A stretch of DNA of 64,000 nucleotides from the human T2T-CHM13v2.0 reference genome, Homo sapiens. The stretch lies in assembly GCF_009914755.1 (NCBI RefSeq), contig NC_060939.1. One strand, written 5' to 3'. This document shows positions 1 through 17,924 of the stretch, in pieces (position 1 is the first letter of the stretch; every line of letters starts with the position of its first letter). Below the pieces are notes generated by a model that did not search any database, was not told the DNA's origin, and saw nothing but the letters and a program-made list of their open reading frames with translations. Position numbers and translations under genes: made by a program.

Positions 1-56
1 ATCTGCCTGCCTCGGCCTCCCAAAGTGTTACAGGTGTAAGCCACCATGCCTAGCCA
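1..56 (-). mobile_element. Alu 5' end (continues out of window)
   Basis: ctcggcctcccaaagtg...gccaccatgcctagcc. Confidence 0.9.
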
Positions 57-198
57 AAAATGTTCTTTGTACATCTTTTGAAATCTTTGACCACAGCTAA
101 TCTATCACAACTGTCTCATGTCTTCCCCAACACACACATGCACACACACACACATATGCACTCTGACTGCACTAATAAATCAATAAAATACCACCCAC

Positions 199-539
199 CT
201 GGCTATGCCTAAGCTACATTTAGAAGTGATAGAAATTTTAATTATTTTATTGCATAGCATCTGGCCACCAAGCATCAGAATAAATTATGGAAGGGGCAGT
301 TTATTTCAAAAGAATGAAGCTATTCTGACATTTTAACTGATGGTTATTTGATGTACTCTCGAATAGTAATTGACTTGATCCCAAGCCACTGGTCATCTGA
401 ATACTGAATAAGTTGAAAATAAGACATGTAATATCTCATTCTAAAATCCTCTTTGGGTTTAGTTACCTGTCTTGAATAAATACATTGATCAAATAAACTA
501 AAAGATGAATATACCTCCTCTTTGTACTGTGGAGCCAAC
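199..539 (-). pseudogene. Fossil exon candidate 12 (341 nt); repeat unit 2
   Basis: Acceptor tcttttaaaaattctcag|GTT, donor CAG|gtgggt. Reads LAPQYKEEVYSSFSLFDQCIYSRQVTKPKEDFRMRYYMSYFQLIQYSDDQWLGIKSITIREYIK*PSVKMSE*LHSFEINCPFHNLF*CLVARCYAIK*LKFLSLLNVA*A*P. Confidence 0.7.
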
Positions 540-769
540 CTGAGAATTTTTAAAAGATTATTTCAAGTATTTGAAAAAATTGATATCTTTCTCTGCTTTT
601 ATCTTATTAAAAAAAGAAATCAGGATTAATGTGTTTTTATCAGGAAAGTTCTGTGACTTGGCAGCTTCTTAGGTATAGGATTTGCTTTTGTATGGGTCCA
701 CAACCCACCAAGGGGACATTATCCCTCCCTGAATTTCAGGCAACAATTGAAGACTCCAGTGACCAGGGT

Positions 770-940
770 TTGACATTCAGCTGTGTAGTCTTTAGTGAAT
801 CACTTAACCTCTGTGAGCCGCAATTTTTGTACTTATGAAAAGGACAAAATGGTATCTTCTTTAAAGGGTCATTTGGAAGAGCAAATCAAATATATGAAGT
901 GCTTTGCAAAACATTATGCTATCTAATTGCAAAACTGTCA
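770..940 (+). mobile_element. MIR fragment (further MIR/L2 fragments near 20200-20700, 36160-37720, 39180-39430, 46770-47000, 48050-48290, 51040-51190, 58900-59120)
   Basis: Core motif tcacttaacctctgtgagcc. Confidence 0.65.
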
Positions 941-1047
941 ACAGTATGTTGTTATTATTACTTTTCTTTCAGATATTACTTCTCAAGCCATTTCCCCACC
1001 CCCAACCCCGCCCAGTGCACACTGCTCAAATAGTATGTGATAATTAC

Positions 1048-1202
1048 CTACGCTTATTAGAAGAGGGAGATGTTACTTTTCTCTGGACCAATAGCCTTAT
1101 CTACTTTTAGAATAGCATTTAATACACTCAATTTTCTTGACTTCAATACTCTCTACACTTTTTTGACCAATTATAAATAAAAATTTGGATGGCACATGCA
1201 AC
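1048..1202 (-). pseudogene. Fossil exon candidate 11 (155 nt)
   Basis: Acceptor tatatactctattag|GTT, donor TAG|gtaatt. The phase-2 frame reads LHVPSKFLFIIGQKSVESIEVKKIECIKCYSKSR*; it needs +1 nt to join the next exon in frame. Confidence 0.45.
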
Positions 1203-2133
1203 CTAATAGAGTATATATTATAAATTTGTATATAAATATCAGATATTCATATATGAATTTTACACATTTTAATATATTATCAGCATTATAAAACATATCC
1301 AGACAATAGTCAATTTAAAAGGATATAAGAGGCTTTGGGTTTCTAGATGAAAACATAAAGCCAGCTCTTCTTTTTCTTCTTGGAAACTACTCAAAAGCAG
1401 TAAGGAGAATGAGAAAGAAACAAACGAACTCCATTTCTGGTAAAACAAACAAAAATAGCTAGGACACCAAACTATAAAATAAATGCAAGTGTTACCAAAG
1501 TAGTGGAGATGATTTAGGAATGCATGAAGATAGAAGACATTGCTGAACAGATTTTGGAAAAAGACAAAATACACATCTCAAAGGTAGGGGTGCACCCTGA
1601 GAGGTGCAGAACTTAACACCTGGTGTGCAATAGCAGAAACAGAGTGTACGTCCTGGCAGTAGGAGTACCCTTATACCTGGTTTTATTTCATAAACATAAA
1701 AAGTAAGGCTAAAAGAGAAATCACAGACACAAATCATACTTGCAGGAAACAGTCTATCTCTGTGAGAGGGGAGAAAAGTAACTTTGCTTTGGAAAAAACT
1801 CATAGCTACTTCACCCCATCAACTTGAGAGAAACTTACTTACACAGCAAACTCTGCAATATAAGAATAGTTAGTTGGCTCTGGTTCTTCCCCAACATGAC
1901 CTTTTGCAAATATTCGGTCCAGGGAAGAGTCATCTTACGCAGATGAAAGTCAAAAAGAAACCAATAGTGGATGATATAATGACAGGAAAAAAATAAAACA
2001 AGTGGTAGGCAAGCACCAGAAAATTATCTTCATAAAGTAGATGAAAATTATGAGCAAACCTTTTGCTATTAATCTAAAAAATGAAGCAATTGATTCTATG
2101 AAGAAAGAATCAGAGATACAAGAACTCAAGAGA

Positions 2134-2406
2134 GGCCAGGCACAGTGACTCACACCTGTAATCCCAGCACTTTGGGAAACCAAGGTAAGAGAATTGCTTC
2201 AGCCCAGGAGTTTGAGACAAGCCTGGGCAACATGGTGAGATCCTATCTCTACAAAATGATTAAAAAAAAAAAATTAGCTGACCTGTGCCTGTGGTCCCAG
2301 CTACTCGGGAGGATAGCTTGAACTCAGGAGGTCAAGGCTGTGAGCTGTGATCACAGCATTGCACTCCAACCTGGGTGACAAAGTGAGACGCTATCTTAAA
2401 AAAAAA
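2134..2406 (+). mobile_element. AluJ-type
   Basis: Dimeric Alu with TSD-like ctcaagaga. Confidence 0.92.
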
Positions 2407-2456
2407 GCTCAAGAGAGAGCTCATGAGGCAACAGAGGGGAGGTGAAATGTGATCTA

Positions 2457-2906
<450 letters not shown>

Positions 2907-3272
2907 GAAATGGGGGAAAGTCAAGACAAATGAAGTAAAAATCGAAGACAAATGAAGAAATATAGAGTTAAAAGGATTAAAAGGAAGAAGATACGAAGAT
3001 AAGCACAAGGAGATTATATATACACATATTTCAGGTTGCTGAAGAAGAAAATGTTGAATTATAACTAAATACTTAAAAATATAATTTTAAAAACTTCCCC
3101 AAAATGAAAGAAGACTTGTATCTACATAAGAAAGAGCACACTATATTCTAGGGAAATTGGCTCAGAAGAGCCAACTGAGACATATCATAGGAAAGTTACT
3201 GGACTTCAAAACAACAACTAAACAACATTTTTTTTGGCATCTGGGCAGAGTCATTTATAAAAGAAAAAAGTG

Positions 3273-3551
3273 GCCTGTAATCCTAGCACTTTGGGAGGCC
3301 AAAGCAGGTGGATCACGAAGTCCGGAGATCGAGACCATCCCGGCTAACACGGTGAAACCCCGACTCTACTAAAAATACAAAAAATTAGCCGGGTGTGGTG
3401 GCAGGCGCCTGTAGTCCCAGCTACTTGGGAGGCTGAGGCAGGACAATGGCATGAACCCGGGAGGTGGAGCTTGCAGTGAGCGAGATCGCACCACTGCACT
3501 CCAGCCTGGGCAACAGAGCAAGGCTCTATCTGAAAAAAAAAAAAAAAAAAA
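3273..3551 (+). mobile_element. AluY/Sc-type, slightly 5'-truncated
   Basis: gagatcgagaccatcccggctaacacggtg; TSD aaaaga(a/c)aaaagtg. Confidence 0.92.
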
Positions 3552-3688
3552 GACAAAAGTGTGCTGGCCCCAGAGTGCTCCATAGCAGTAATCAATGCCT
3601 AAGTCAGTGAAGTAACACCTACAACATCTTCAGGGAAGGAATGTGCAACCTAAATATGTTATTTGGCTATAAGAAAAAGAGTCAAGGT

Positions 3689-3984
<296 letters not shown>

Positions 3985-4378
3985 TCAAATATTTTTGAAT
4001 ATCCAAGAATTCAGAGAATATATTCTTAATCTCCTCTTGAGGAATATCCTAGAGGCCAAACTTCAGCCAATCAAGCCATGAGAGGAAAGGAACCTGCAGG
4101 ATCCCTGACTGTAACAGCTCTAAGACGAAAACAAATGTGTGGTTAGAATTACAGAACAGAAAGTAAGTGTTAGATGCAGTAAAAAAGGAGACAAGATATA
4201 AGTAACATAAGTTGGGAGGTAAGTGTTAAATCAGCTGGAAAGTAAAGGCTAAGCAAATTTATATCCATAAAACTGTGATGTGATTTTCTCATCTTTAGTA
4301 GTTGCACATTAAAGAATATCATCTTAATATTAAAAAATATGGGCAAGAGTAAATCTAACAGTACAAAAAAGAACACTA

Positions 4379-4658
<280 letters not shown>

Positions 4659-5324
4659 CTAAATAAATCCAAGATTCATTATCAGGCAAACTTACAATTT
4701 AAGGGTAAATATTTATAAAAATGTAAAACTTCCTATTTATCATGAAAAATAAAATGTGTGAAGTAGAGCATATGTTAAAAATTTTATAAAACTATAAAAT
4801 AGAAAAACACAATATAAAATTGTATGACAGAAGCAATACAAAACTTGTCATATCAGTTACCATACATGGACTAACCTCACCCATTGAAAGAAAATAACTT
4901 TTAGAATACATCACAAAGAAAATCTAAAGTTTATGCTGTACATAAGAAACACCCCTAAAGCAAGCAATTCAGAAAGTTTGAAAACAAATGGATGAGTGAA
5001 ATATACCAGACAATGCAAACAAAAAGAAAACAAGTTAGTCATTTTAATATCAGACAAGGTTGAATACAGGACAAAGCATTAAATAAGTCAAAATGGGCTT
5101 TCAATTTTGTTAAAAAGTGCAATTAACAGTGCAGATAGAAGCACTGAATAACACAATATCAATATTCACAAAGGTAAAACTACAGGAAGTACAAGAAAAA
5201 AAATAAACACTTGTGCTTTGTTTTATTCTGTCTATGAGAATCAACTCACTAAATCCAGCCCACACATAAAGGGAGAGGAATTAAGTTCCACCTCTGAAAG
5301 ATGTTAAAGGCTAATTTATAAAAA

Positions 5325-5630
5325 AGTATTGTGCCTTCCATCTTAGCCTCTCTTTCTCATTTTTGAATCACTGTCTCTGGGGAAGGCCAGTTGCCATGTC
5401 TTGAGGATACTCAGGTAGCCCTGTGGAGAGGCCCGTATGGTCAGGAATTAACTGAGGCCTCTAGCCAAGAGCCTTTGAGGAATGCAGGCCTCCAGCTAAT
5501 AGCCATGGGAGTGCACCTTCTTGGAAGTAGATCCTCCAGCCCAGTCAAGCCTTCAGATGACAGCAGCCTCAGCCAATAGATTGACTTAAATTTTATGAGA
5601 GATCCTGAGTCACAGCCATCCTGCTAAGAA
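5325..5630 (+). mobile_element. MaLR LTR (MLT1F/G-like)
   Basis: gccctgtggagaggccc...cccagtcaagccttcagatgac. Confidence 0.8.
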
Positions 5631-6034
5631 ACCATCTAAAAAGGAAAACATAAAATCATCACATTTGCAGTTGATATGATACTTGAAAAACCTAAGAAGA
5701 TAAATGGAAAAGCCATTAAAACTGAATTCAGTATGACTATTCAGAAATTAGTTGCTTCTGTATATATAAATATCAACCAGTTAGCAAATAAAGGAAGAAA
5801 AATCTTATTTACAATAGCAATAAAAATGTAAGATACTTAGACATTAGCTTTCAAAATTTGTAAAATACATATAAGATACAAACCTCAAAGACACAAAAAG
5901 GATATTTAAACAAATTGAAAGACATGTTATAGTCTTAGATTTACCATCATAAAGATGTCAATTATCTCCCAGTTAGCCTATAAATTTAACCTGATCCCAA
6001 AAAATATATTTTCTTCTCAAGCTCCAATGAGCTA

Positions 6035-6680
<646 letters not shown>

Positions 6681-7269
6681 GCTCCTGGAAAGTGAAGGTC
6701 ATGGTCTATTCACACCCGTATCCACAACTCAAACCTACCCATTGAGTAATTATACCAGAACTAAATAAAATTTTGCAGATATCAGTACAATTTTGCTAAG
6801 AAGTAAGCTAATTCTTTTAAACTATCAGGGACTGAATGAACATAGGACTTGAGTAAAGATATTGCTTAAGCTAGTTTATTCAGGAAAGCCGCAAGAAGAA
6901 ATGAAGTGAAAACATGCACTGTGAGGGTGGTTTATTCAGCACTATACTCAAAGATTAGGCTGAATCTCTGCATTAGAATTGAATATGTTTCCAAAATCAC
7001 TTTAAAAGCTGGCATTTAGAAATTAGGGAGGAGCTGGGAAAGAAAGAGGATAATTTCCAAACCCTAGTCAGTTCTCATTCAAGCGTGAGCGACGCGCAGA
7101 AGACGGGTGATTTCTGCATTTCCAACTTAGGTACCGTATTCATCTCACTGGGGAGTGTTGGACAGAGGGTGCAGGACAGTGGCTGCAGTGCACCGAGCAT
7201 GAGCCAAAGCAGGGTGAGGCATTGCCTCATCCGGGAAGTGCAAGGGGTCAGGGAATTCCCTTTCCTAGT

Positions 7270-7485
7270 CAAAGAAAGGGGTGATAGATGGCACCTGGAA
7301 AATCGGGTCACTCCCACCCTAATATTGAGCTTTTCTAACGGTCTTAGCAAACGGCACAGCTGCAGATTATATCCCATGCCTGACTCGGAGGGTCCTACGC
7401 CCACGGAGCCTCACTCATTGCTAGCACAGCAGTCTGAGATCAAACTGCAAGGCGGCAGCGAGGCTGGGGGAGGGGTGCCCACCAT
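7270..7485 (-). pseudogene. L1 antisense ORF0 remnant with premature stop
   Basis: ATG at 7485-7483 gives MVGTPPPASLPPCSLISDCCASNE* (TGA at 7413-7411), then GSVGVGPSESGMGYNL...IRVGVTRFSRC. Confidence 0.8.
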
Positions 7486-8056
7486 TGCTCAGGCTTGCGT
7501 AGGTAAACAAAGCAGTCAGGAAGCTTGAACTGGGTGGAGTCCACCGCAGCTCAAGGAGGCCTGCCTGGCTCTATGGACTCCACCTCTGGGGTTGGGCATA
7601 GTGAAACAAAAGGCAGCAGAAATCTCTGCAGACTTAAATGTCCCTGACTGACAGCTTTGAAGAGAGTAGTGGTTCTCCCGCACACAGCTGGAGATCTGAG
7701 AACGGGTAGACAGCCTCTTCAAGTGGGTCCCTGACCCCCGAGTAGCCTAACTGGGAAGCACCCCCCAGTAGGGGCAGACTGACACCTCACACAGCTGGGT
7801 ACTCCTCTGAGACAAAACTTCCAGAGGAACGATCAGGCAGCAACATTTGCTGTTCACCAATATTCGCTGTTCTGCAGCCTCCGCTGCTGATACCCAGGTA
7901 AACAGGGTCTGGAGTGGACCTCCAGCAAACTCCAACAGACCTGCAGCTGAGGGTCCTGACTGTTAGAAGGAAAACTAACAAACAAAGGACATCCACACCA
8001 AAACCCCATCTGTACGTCACCATCATCAAAGACCAAAGGTAGATAAAGCCACAAAG

Positions 8057-9071
8057 ATGGGGAAAAAACAGAGCAGAAAAACTAGAAACTCAAAATCAGA
8101 GTGCCTCTCCTCCTCCAAAGGAACACAGCTCCTCACCAGCAATGGAACAAAGCTGGACAGAGAATGACTTTGACGAGTTGAGAAAAGAAGGCTTCAGATG
8201 ATCAAACTACTCTGAGCTAAAGGAGGAAGCTCGAACCCATGGCAAAGAAGTTAAAAACCTTGAAAAAAAATTAGACGAATGGCAAACTAGAATAACTAAT
8301 GCAGAGAAGTCCTTAAAGGACCTGATGGAGCTGAAAACCAAGGCATGAGAACTACGTGACAAATGCACAAGCCTCAGTAGCCGATTCGATCAACTGGAAG
8401 GAAGGGTATCAGTGATGAAAGATGAAATGAATGAAATGAAGCGAGAAGAGAAGTTTAGAGAAAAAAGAATAAAAAGAAATGAACAAAGCCTCCAAGAAAT
8501 ATGGGACTATGTGAAAAGACCAAATCTACGTCTGATTGGCATACCTGAAAGTGACGGGGAGAATGGAACCAAGTTGGAAAACACTCTGCAGGATATTATC
8601 CAGGAGAACTTCCCCAATCTAGCAAGGCAGGCCAACATTCAAATTCAGGAAATACAGAGAACACCACAAAGATACTCCCCAAGAAGAGCAACTCTAAGAC
8701 ACATAATTGTCAGATTCACCAAAGTTGAAATGAAGGAAAAAATGTTAAGGGCAGCCAGAGAGAAAGGTCAGGTGACCCACAAAGGGAAGCCCATCAGACT
8801 AACAGCTGATCTCTCAGCAGAAACTCTACAAGCCAGAAGAGATCGGGGGCCAATATTCAACATTCTTGAAGAAAAGAATTTTCAACCCAGAATTTCATAT
8901 CCAGCCAAACTAAGCTTCATAAGTGAAGGAGAAATAAGATCCTTTACAGACAAGCAAATGCTGAGAGATTTTGTCACCACCAGGCCTGCCCTATAAGAGC
9001 TCCTGAAGGAAGCACTAAACATGGAAAGGAACAACTGGTATCAGCCACTGCAAAAACATGCCAAATTGTAA
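8057..9071 (+). pseudogene. L1 ORF1p (RNA-binding chaperone), disrupted
   Basis: ATG at 8057 to TAA at 9071 is 1015 nt, not a multiple of 3. Internal stops include TAA at 8994-8996. The track fragment contains the ORF1p sequence EIWDYVKRPNLRLIG. Confidence 0.95.
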
Positions 9072-9134
9072 AGACCATCGAGGCTAGGAAGAAACTGTAT
9101 CAACTAACAAGCAAAATAACCAGCTAACATCATA

Positions 9135-12960
<3,826 letters not shown>

Positions 12961-13365
12961 ACAATGAGAACACATGGACACAGGAAGGGGAACATCACAC
13001 ACTGGGGCCTGTTGTGGGGTGGGGGGAGGGGGAGGAGTAGCATTAGGAGATATACGTAATGTTAAATGACGAGTTAATGGGTGCAGCACACCAAGATGGC
13101 ACATATATACATATGTAACAAACCTGCATGTTGTGCACATGTACGCTAAAACTTAAAGTATTAAAAAAAAAGCTAATTCAAATATCTTAGCAGAAAAAAA
13201 AAAGAGACGATAAAATAACATGAATTGATTGGATTCATGTCTATCAGCATATAAGCAATCAAAGGAATTACTATGTATGGACCCCCAAAGCAAAATAAAT
13301 GAATGGGGACTAAACCCAGGACCTGAATTGTTTTTGAGTTCTCAGTAGTTTCATATATTATATGC

Positions 13366-13663
13366 TTTTTTTTTTTTTTTTTTTTGGTCAGGCTCTCATT
13401 TGTTGCCCAGGCTGTAATCCAGTGGCACAATCATAGCTCACTGTAGCCTTGAACTTCTGGGCTCAAGCAATTCTCCTACTTCAGCCTCCCATATAGCTAG
13501 GACTAGAGGACTACAAGCCACTACACATGGCCAATTAAAAAAAAATAGAGACAGGGGTCTCACTGTGTTACCCAGGTTAGTCTCGAATCCCTGGCCTCAA
13601 GTGATCTTCTCGCCATTGCCACCCAAAATGTTGGGATTATAGGCGTGAGCTACCACACCCAGT
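13366..13663 (-). mobile_element. AluJ-type
   Basis: Poly-T followed by a reverse-orientation Alu body. Confidence 0.9.
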
Positions 13664-13839
13664 CTTACATGCATTTTAAATTTTTAAATAATTTTTTTTT
13701 TTGCATTTTAGACTTTAAAAAGTGCATGATATTGGATATCTGTAGAATGCCCTGATATTTTCTATTCTTCAATATGTCTTCCTTTCCTTAATTGTCTTTA
13801 GTAAGATAGAAAGTATTTTACAACTATTTTTTAATGCAT

Positions 13840-14056
13840 TAGTTCTCAACTGGAAATGATTGTGCCCTTCCCTAGGGGAGATTTGGTGATGTCTGGAGAT
13901 ATTTTTGGTTGTCACAGTTGGGGTGGGGAGTGCTACTGGCATTTAGTGGTGGAGGCCAAGGACATTGCTAAATATCTTACAATGCACAGGACAGCTCCAT
14001 AACAAATAATTATCTGGCCAAAAATGTCAATAGTTTCGAGGTTGAAAACCTTTGCT
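13840..14056 (+). mobile_element. MER20 (hAT-Charlie)
   Basis: tgtctggagatatttttggttgtcaca...aatgtcaatagt..gaggttgaaaacc. Confidence 0.85.
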
Positions 14057-14249
14057 TTAATCTGAAAGAGATTCCATTTTTGGTTCAAGTTAATTTTCTC
14101 TGGCAGCATACTTTAGGAGATCATCTGAGCCTGCAAATTTTGGTGTTGGCCTTAATTCTCAGTCTCCACCTATGCACCTACATATTCACTCACTCATGCT
14201 TTCGCTCATTCACTACTTCCTCACTTTTACAGAAAAAAAGCACATCATA

Positions 14250-14372
14250 TGGAGGTTAAAATATAATTTATTGTCCAAACTGGGACACTATTGAGGGTTG
14301 TTAATAAATAATCTGGACAGTGGAAGCAAATCAACAATGTCCTGAGTTAATCTGATTATATGGTAGCTGTAA
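14250..14372. mobile_element. MER81-like hAT element
   Basis: atataatttattgtccaaactgggacact. Confidence 0.55.
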
Positions 14373-14419
14373 CTGTATGGCAGCACGAAAAAATGTCCAA
14401 AATGACAAATAAAACATAG

Positions 14420-14733
14420 AAGCCCGGGCACAGTCGCTCACGCCTGTAATCCCAGCACTTTGGGAGGCTGAGATGGGCAGATCACCTGAGGTCAGAAGTT
14501 TGAGACCAGCCTGGTCAACATGGCGAAGCCCCATTTCTACAAAAAATACAAAAATTAGCTGGGCGTGGTGGCATGTGTCTCAGCTACTCGGGAGGCTGAG
14601 GCATGAGAATCGCTTCAACCTGGGAGGTAGAAGTTGCAGGGAGCCAAGATGGCACCATTGCCCTCTAGCCTGGGTAGCAGAGCAAAACTCTGTTCCCCCC
14701 AAAAAATAAATAAATAAAAATAAAAATAAAAAA
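14420..14733 (+). mobile_element. AluS-type
   Basis: Dimeric Alu. Confidence 0.92.
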
Positions 14734-14889
14734 ACAGAGACATTTCTTATGACAACCAATTGGGAAAATGGGGTTTCAGCGATGGAACTGAACATCAAAG
14801 CTGAAGTCTAAGCTCATTTCTGATTTGTGTGTTGATGAGATCATGACATTAAAAAAAAAATTCCAGTACATATCCATTACAATTGGCTT

Positions 14890-15021
14890 AAAAAAAATTC
14901 TATAGAGATGTGGTCTCACTATGTTGAGCAGGCTGGTCTCGAACTCCAGGCCTCCAGGGATCGTCCTGTCTTGGTCTCCTAAATTGTTAGGATCATAGGC
15001 GTAAGCCACCATGCCCACCCT
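14890..15021 (-). mobile_element. FLAM/Alu left monomer
   Basis: Reverse left arm only. Confidence 0.8.
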
Positions 15022-15449
15022 GGGGTTCATTTTTGGAAAGAAAAAATAAGCAAATAACTCAGGATAGATACAGAATATAAACCCTATTAAAGGTATTATA
15101 ACGGGCACTTTTCAAAAAGCACCCATATAATGCTTGCACATAGTAGGGGCTCAACAGATGACTGCTGAAGAATAAATCTACATGGTCTTGTCTGACATGT
15201 GGGGAAACTGTCTCCATTTAAAGTGTATATTATATTAATTGGAGTGATTTTCTGGATACACAAAGTAGGGCCACCACCCCTTCTGCCCTACGACAAAAAA
15301 TCAGAAATGTTGGATTTGTCAAAATACAACAAAACTGTTCAGGCAATATAAATAATTATAAATGCCAGTAAAGTCACTTTTCTGTTTTGCTTTTGATCTG
15401 TAAGGTTACTAGTGGATGAGATAATCTTTTATTTATATTGCATGTGGTA

Positions 15450-16450
15450 AAATTTCGAAGCAAGATTGTTGTGCTCCTCACACCCTCCCTTCATAATTAA
15501 GCCCGTAGGGCTGGCCGGCTGGCTGATATTTTTTAACGCAGAGCTTGTCAATTTCTGTTAATACTAATTTAGAGTTCATAGCTCCATATATCATGGAAAT
15601 GTACGGGCAAAACAAATTATATAAAAAATATTTTGAGAGGAGTTGAACAAATGGAGGATCATTTCTGCATTGACTAGTGAGCGTTTCTGTTCTGATTACA
15701 GCACCAATTTATGTACAGTGGCACGGGGAGCTCACCTTTCATGATTCCCAAATTGGATTTTGCCAGGTTCCTTTCTACGTGCCCTCCCGCTATAAATAAA
15801 CGCTTTCCCCCGTCTCTTTACCATGTGTTGTCTTTTTAATTATTCCCCAAACTCTAATATAGTCAGTCCAGATCTTGTTTTGCCATTAACTCAGGAAGAA
15901 AAGAGGCTGCCTCCTGCATTTCACACGAAACATTACAAGGGCAGGCCGGGGGCTTTTGTCTCTTACCACCTTCAGGAGACAGAACAATAGGCAGCTATAT
16001 AATCTTGTGACACCCACAACTAATTTATCCAACCAGAAGACAGGTAGCACTCGGCTCTGCCGCTCCTGTCTGAATAGGTGCAGTAAATACTCAGCTTAAT
16101 AGTAGCTTTTCAGGCAGAAGGGCAACACATCACAGCGTGGCGTTTTTGTAATCTTCCTCGCATGCCGACAGCCAGGAGCACCGGCCCGCGCATGTTTCTC
16201 CTCGGTGGGGTTTAGGATGCATGGAACTGTTAGATGGTGACATATTGTGCCTTTAAGCAAGTTTAACTGTTTTATATCCCCTCTGATCTGCAGCTTTGTA
16301 CATCTGTTAAGCTGCCTCTTAAACTTCTGTGGGCACATCTGTGGATTTGCTACTTGAAGCTTGGCGTGTGGTGCAGGCCATGCGGGATTTCCTTGCGACT
16401 GCCTCCTGTTTATCTGTGAAGAGTTTTTCTGTTACACTGCAAGGCCACAG
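15450..16450. promoter_or_regulatory. Candidate conserved enhancer (TE-free, CpG-retaining)
   Basis: About 25 CpGs in 1 kb against a CpG-poor background; TAATTA, AGAACAATAG (SOX), GTAAATA/TGTTTAT (FOX) and CATCTG motifs. Confidence 0.5.
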
Positions 16451-16599
16451 TTAAATACATTGTCTTGGCCAAAAAGATAATAATAACCTTGCGACAGTCA
16501 GGAGGAATGTACTTAGCAAAGGCTGAACAAAAATCTTATCTGGAGAAGCACTGATTAAAAAACAAATGAAAAAAAGCAAACTTTTTTTTTTTCACCATT

Positions 16600-16975
16600 T
16601 ATTTGTCACATATCTGTGGGTCATCTAGGACTCAGTTGCTCTGGCTCCAAGCCAGATCTAGGATGTACTTCTCTGCCTGTCTCCTCCTCCTTAAACAAGA
16701 GGTTACTCAAGGCTTGTTCTTGCTATAGTGAAGCTAATGCAACCTTGCTTCAAGACTTACATCATGTCTGCTAACAGCCCATTGGCCAAAACAACTTACA
16801 GGGACGGCTAAGCCCAGGTCAAGAGGCAGGACAGCACACTCTACTTACTATGAGACCAAAACAAGTCACAGAACCAAGCTCAGCATCAAAGGGACAGGGA
16901 AGCACATTCTTTCCAGGAAAGTGGGAGTGTGAGAGGAGGTGAATAGTTGCTGTATCATAATCTAATCTACAACCT
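16600..16975 (-). mobile_element. Old MaLR LTR (MLT1J/K/L-like)
   Basis: catgtctgctaacagcccattggccaaaacaact. Confidence 0.6.
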
Positions 16976-17142
16976 TGTTTCTACCTGCAAAATGAAGAAA
17001 GCACAGCTATCTGGTAGATAGTGGAATTTTGCATACATTGAATCCATCAATATGGGTTCCATTTCTGAAAGATGCCCAGGACATCATGATAGGATGAGCA
17101 ACCAAAAAATCTTGGTCATGTTCAAGAGATCACCCCTACGAC

Positions 17143-17229
17143 CTGTCAGAAACACGCACTAGGGGATTTTGAGAGCTTGATCCTGATTCTTCAGGTTGTG
17201 GAGAAATATTCCACGGTTTGAAAGTTTAT
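17143..17229 (-). pseudogene. Fossil exon candidate 10 (87 nt, phase 2 to 2)
   Basis: Strong acceptor tctccctttcattccccttgcag|ATA. Reads *TFKPWNISPQPEESGSSSQNPLVRVSD. The donor is weak (CAG|gtcgta); an alternative AAT|gtatgc lies at 17037. Confidence 0.35.
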
Positions 17230-17924
17230 CTGCAAGGGGAATGAAAGGGAGACACTACTTGACAAACTCAGTTTTTAAATATTTACCTCTTTTTTTGATA
17301 TAAACTTTGTTTACTCAACAGACCTGTGTCCTATTCTCTTAGCACTTTTGGTGCCTAAATACTTGAAGAAAATAAATGTGCATGAGGGTGTCTGGGCTTA
17401 TATCAGGACTGGTATTCATCTGCACACACAAGCATGATATACTGCTAGCATCCATTCTGATTGGCCAACTGACCACTCGGGTTGGTGTCCTTGCTGGATG
17501 GTTGGTTAAATATTTTGAATATCGCCGTTAGCTGACATATTTACAGTTCTGTGATTCTGGCTCTTTGTTAGGCATGTACATTATGATTCCCTATTGGGGT
17601 TCATCGATTCTTCTAAGAGAAACTATCTCACTCACAGCTTTTGCAGAACATCAGCCTTTGGTTCAATCATGGAGCTCTATGTCTCAGCCACCCTCCCACC
17701 CTGGCCATAGCTAATTAGACTAGGGATAGGCACCTGACCCAAAGACAGCCAGGGATCATGATCAGGCTGTTATTAGGTTTTTATTTAAATGTGTTGAACC
17801 AATTAAATTTTCTCTCTTAAGATAATGAATCGGGAAATATGGAAGTATTATCAGTGGCTAAAAATTTATCTGGAAGAATGACATTTTGCACTGTATTTAA
17901 AAATCAACTTGTTTGAATCAATCT

